A stretch of DNA of 64,000 nt, taken from Octopus sinensis (taxonomy: Eukaryota). Positions 62,151 through 64,000 of this stretch are shown piece after piece. The translations under genes were made by a program, and so were the position numbers. The stretch lies in the NCBI RefSeq assembly GCF_006345805.1, contig NC_043012.1, forward strand, positions 3,224,001 to 3,288,000. The letters are read 5' to 3'. The notes under the pieces are model-generated. The model searched no databases and had not been told where the DNA came from. It saw only the letters and a list, made by a program, of their open reading frames with translations. Every line of letters starts with the position of its first letter. Within the stretch, counting starts at the first letter, position 1.

Positions 62151-63562
62151 TTGCCAATATTTTATTGGTGCATTCTTAGATTGCATCATGGCAAAATACT
62201 ACCATCTTCAGGTAAATTTTAGACATACAAGCAGGTAAAGCAGAAGTAGAAGTGACTAATTCATCAACAATCATGGTGGAACAAGTGATATTTTGAGAAA
62301 ACACCATAGCATTTATAGGGAAAATGGAGCAGAAATATAGAGAGCAACTAGTTCTGTAGTTCAGTTGTAAAAAATGCTTTTCCTCAAACATTTTAGCAGA
62401 ATAATTCTTATTTGTTATGGAGATGTACTTGCATAGCAAGTGACCTGATTTGAGATCATTTGCTAGAACGAAAACAATTGCAGTGTGGAAGATGCAGCAT
62501 GGAATTTTGTCAGTGAACAGGTCGCGGTCTCAAAGAGACGAAAATATTTTGACAAATTAAATTTATATGTTGAAGTGAATCTAATGGTTTTTGTGTGTTT
62601 CTTAAATGGCTTATAAACACCTTCCATGCTGCAATTCTTATTTACACCTTTGAAAATATACCTCTGCAAAATTTTATTTAAAAACATGCTCTTTTCAGAA
62701 ATTTATGAGGAAACTAAACTGTAGTTATGCCTAAGTATTGTAGCCATACAATCATCTAACCATAGCCAGTCATTAAAGGCTGACTTTCTTTAATCAATAT
62801 TTTTAAAGTTAAAAAGAAAATTTTGTGAATTCTGAAAGTCTGATGTTAAAAAAAGAAATTGAAAAATCTTAATCTTTTTTTTAAGACATAATAATAGTAA
62901 AAAAAAAAACATTAAGACTGGAGAAGTTAATAACTGTTTACTCTATAACAAATAAGTTCTAGTTTTGTTGCATGTTGTGAGGGTCATTCTGCCAATAATA
63001 AACTCTTGCACTGGTTCTATTTCACTTTTTATAATTCCTTAATCAGATAACAATTTAGCCAATTAACCAAAGCAATTGTTTAATTGTTTGTCTAATCACC
63101 AACATGCAAATTCACATCTAGAATCTTGGAAACCAAATCCAAAAATGAAATAATTCTTGGACTATTTAGGAAAATGTAACTTTCAAGACATTATACCTGA
63201 AACAACAACAAAGATAGCCTTTTTGTCATCACAGGTTTTGTTTGATTAAGGTTTACCTGGGGCTCAAATATAACAACAATCATCATCATCATCATTCAAA
63301 GCTGATAAGACTTTGGTGCAAAGGCATAGGCAATGAAATCAAACTCAGTACACAATAGGCAGAGCAAGGAGGGTAAAGTATGATGGAGCAGGGAGGAGTA
63401 CATGGTTTCTTGACTTACTAGAAATAGCAGTCAAGTCTCTCTCAAATCACACCGTACCAGTTTCAAAGAAGGAAGGGCACTTTGGATAATGTGGTCCTAC
63501 ATATATCTCTGGAAGAAAAGACGAGAGAGTAATGGTTGACTTATCTATCATGGGCCTGTGAT

Positions 63563-63790
63563 GGCGAGTTGGCAGAAAGGTTAGCACACCGGGCGAAATG
63601 TGTTACCGTATTTCGTCTGCCGTTACGTTCCGAGTTCAAATTCCGCCGAGGTCGACTTTGCCTTTCATCCTTCCGGGGTCGATAAATTAAGTACCAGTTA
63701 CGCACTGGGGTCGATGTAATCGACTTATTCCCTTTGTCTGTCCTTGTTTGTCTCCTCTGTGTTTAGCCCCTTGTGGGTAATAAAGAAATA
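63563..63790 (+). mobile_element. tRNA-derived SINE (octopus-type); decayed relatives at ~2560-2720, 5060-5260, 17740-18240 and their mirrors
   Basis: ggcgagttggcagaa...gagttcaaattccgcc head plus conserved gtcgataaattaagtaccag body. Confidence 0.7.
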
Positions 63791-64000
63791 TATCATGTTG
63801 GGCCTGCTTGACCAAGCCTGACCTGACATTAAACAACAACTGTTGGTAGTTCATTTACGAACTCTTATGAGTTGTTGTTTAACCCCAGGTCAACTCTGGT
63901 CCAGTGAATCTATGGTCAGGCATTCCTACTATGACCATCCTTTTGTTTTCAAAGGCAGTGCACCCAGGAACCACATCCAGTGTGTTCTTTTCAGAGACGG

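Noticed and set aside
62176-62687. ORFs of 87 and 74 aa downstream of the mariner
   Set aside because: No recognisable motif or splice context; cannot be supported as a gene.
63563-63650. tRNA-like A/B-box sequence
   Set aside because: Head of a multi-copy SINE; no cloverleaf with an acceptor stem.

Overview
AT-rich, repeat-dense eukaryotic DNA. The SINE and Helitron types point to an octopus (inference). The window is dominated by a large inverted duplication: left arm ~1364-23958, right arm ~29611-55799, spacer ~5.6 kb. It carries two head-to-head clan-3 (CYP3A-like) cytochrome P450 genes. I reconstructed 14 exons for the + strand copy (30709-59158, 516 aa if one 1-bp deletion in exon 10 is corrected) and exons 1-12 for the - strand copy (21535-2280; exons 13-14 are not in the window). 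Main observation, by hand alignment: exons 1-4, 9, 11 and 12 (675 nt) are 100% identical between copies. Exons 5-8 and 10 carry 38 substitutions giving 28 amino-acid changes and only 3 synonymous codons. These cluster in the B'/C (SRS1), F-G (SRS2/3) and I-helix (SRS4) regions, with more-diverged intron sequence around exons 5 and 10. Both copies have lost the canonical I-helix AGxET motif, in different ways (ASHFAT vs AADLTT). This pattern suggests gene-conversion-homogenised P450 paralogs that selection keeps different at the active site, possibly with non-standard chemistry. Also present: a Penelope-type hammerhead ribozyme and a CpG-rich promoter-like island in the right intron 1, a third copy of an intron-9 piece in the spacer starting at a perfect fold-back hairpin, an arm-specific Helitron, and mariner, Penelope, Hero-like and RTE-like relics. 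All counts are manual; no database searches were run.
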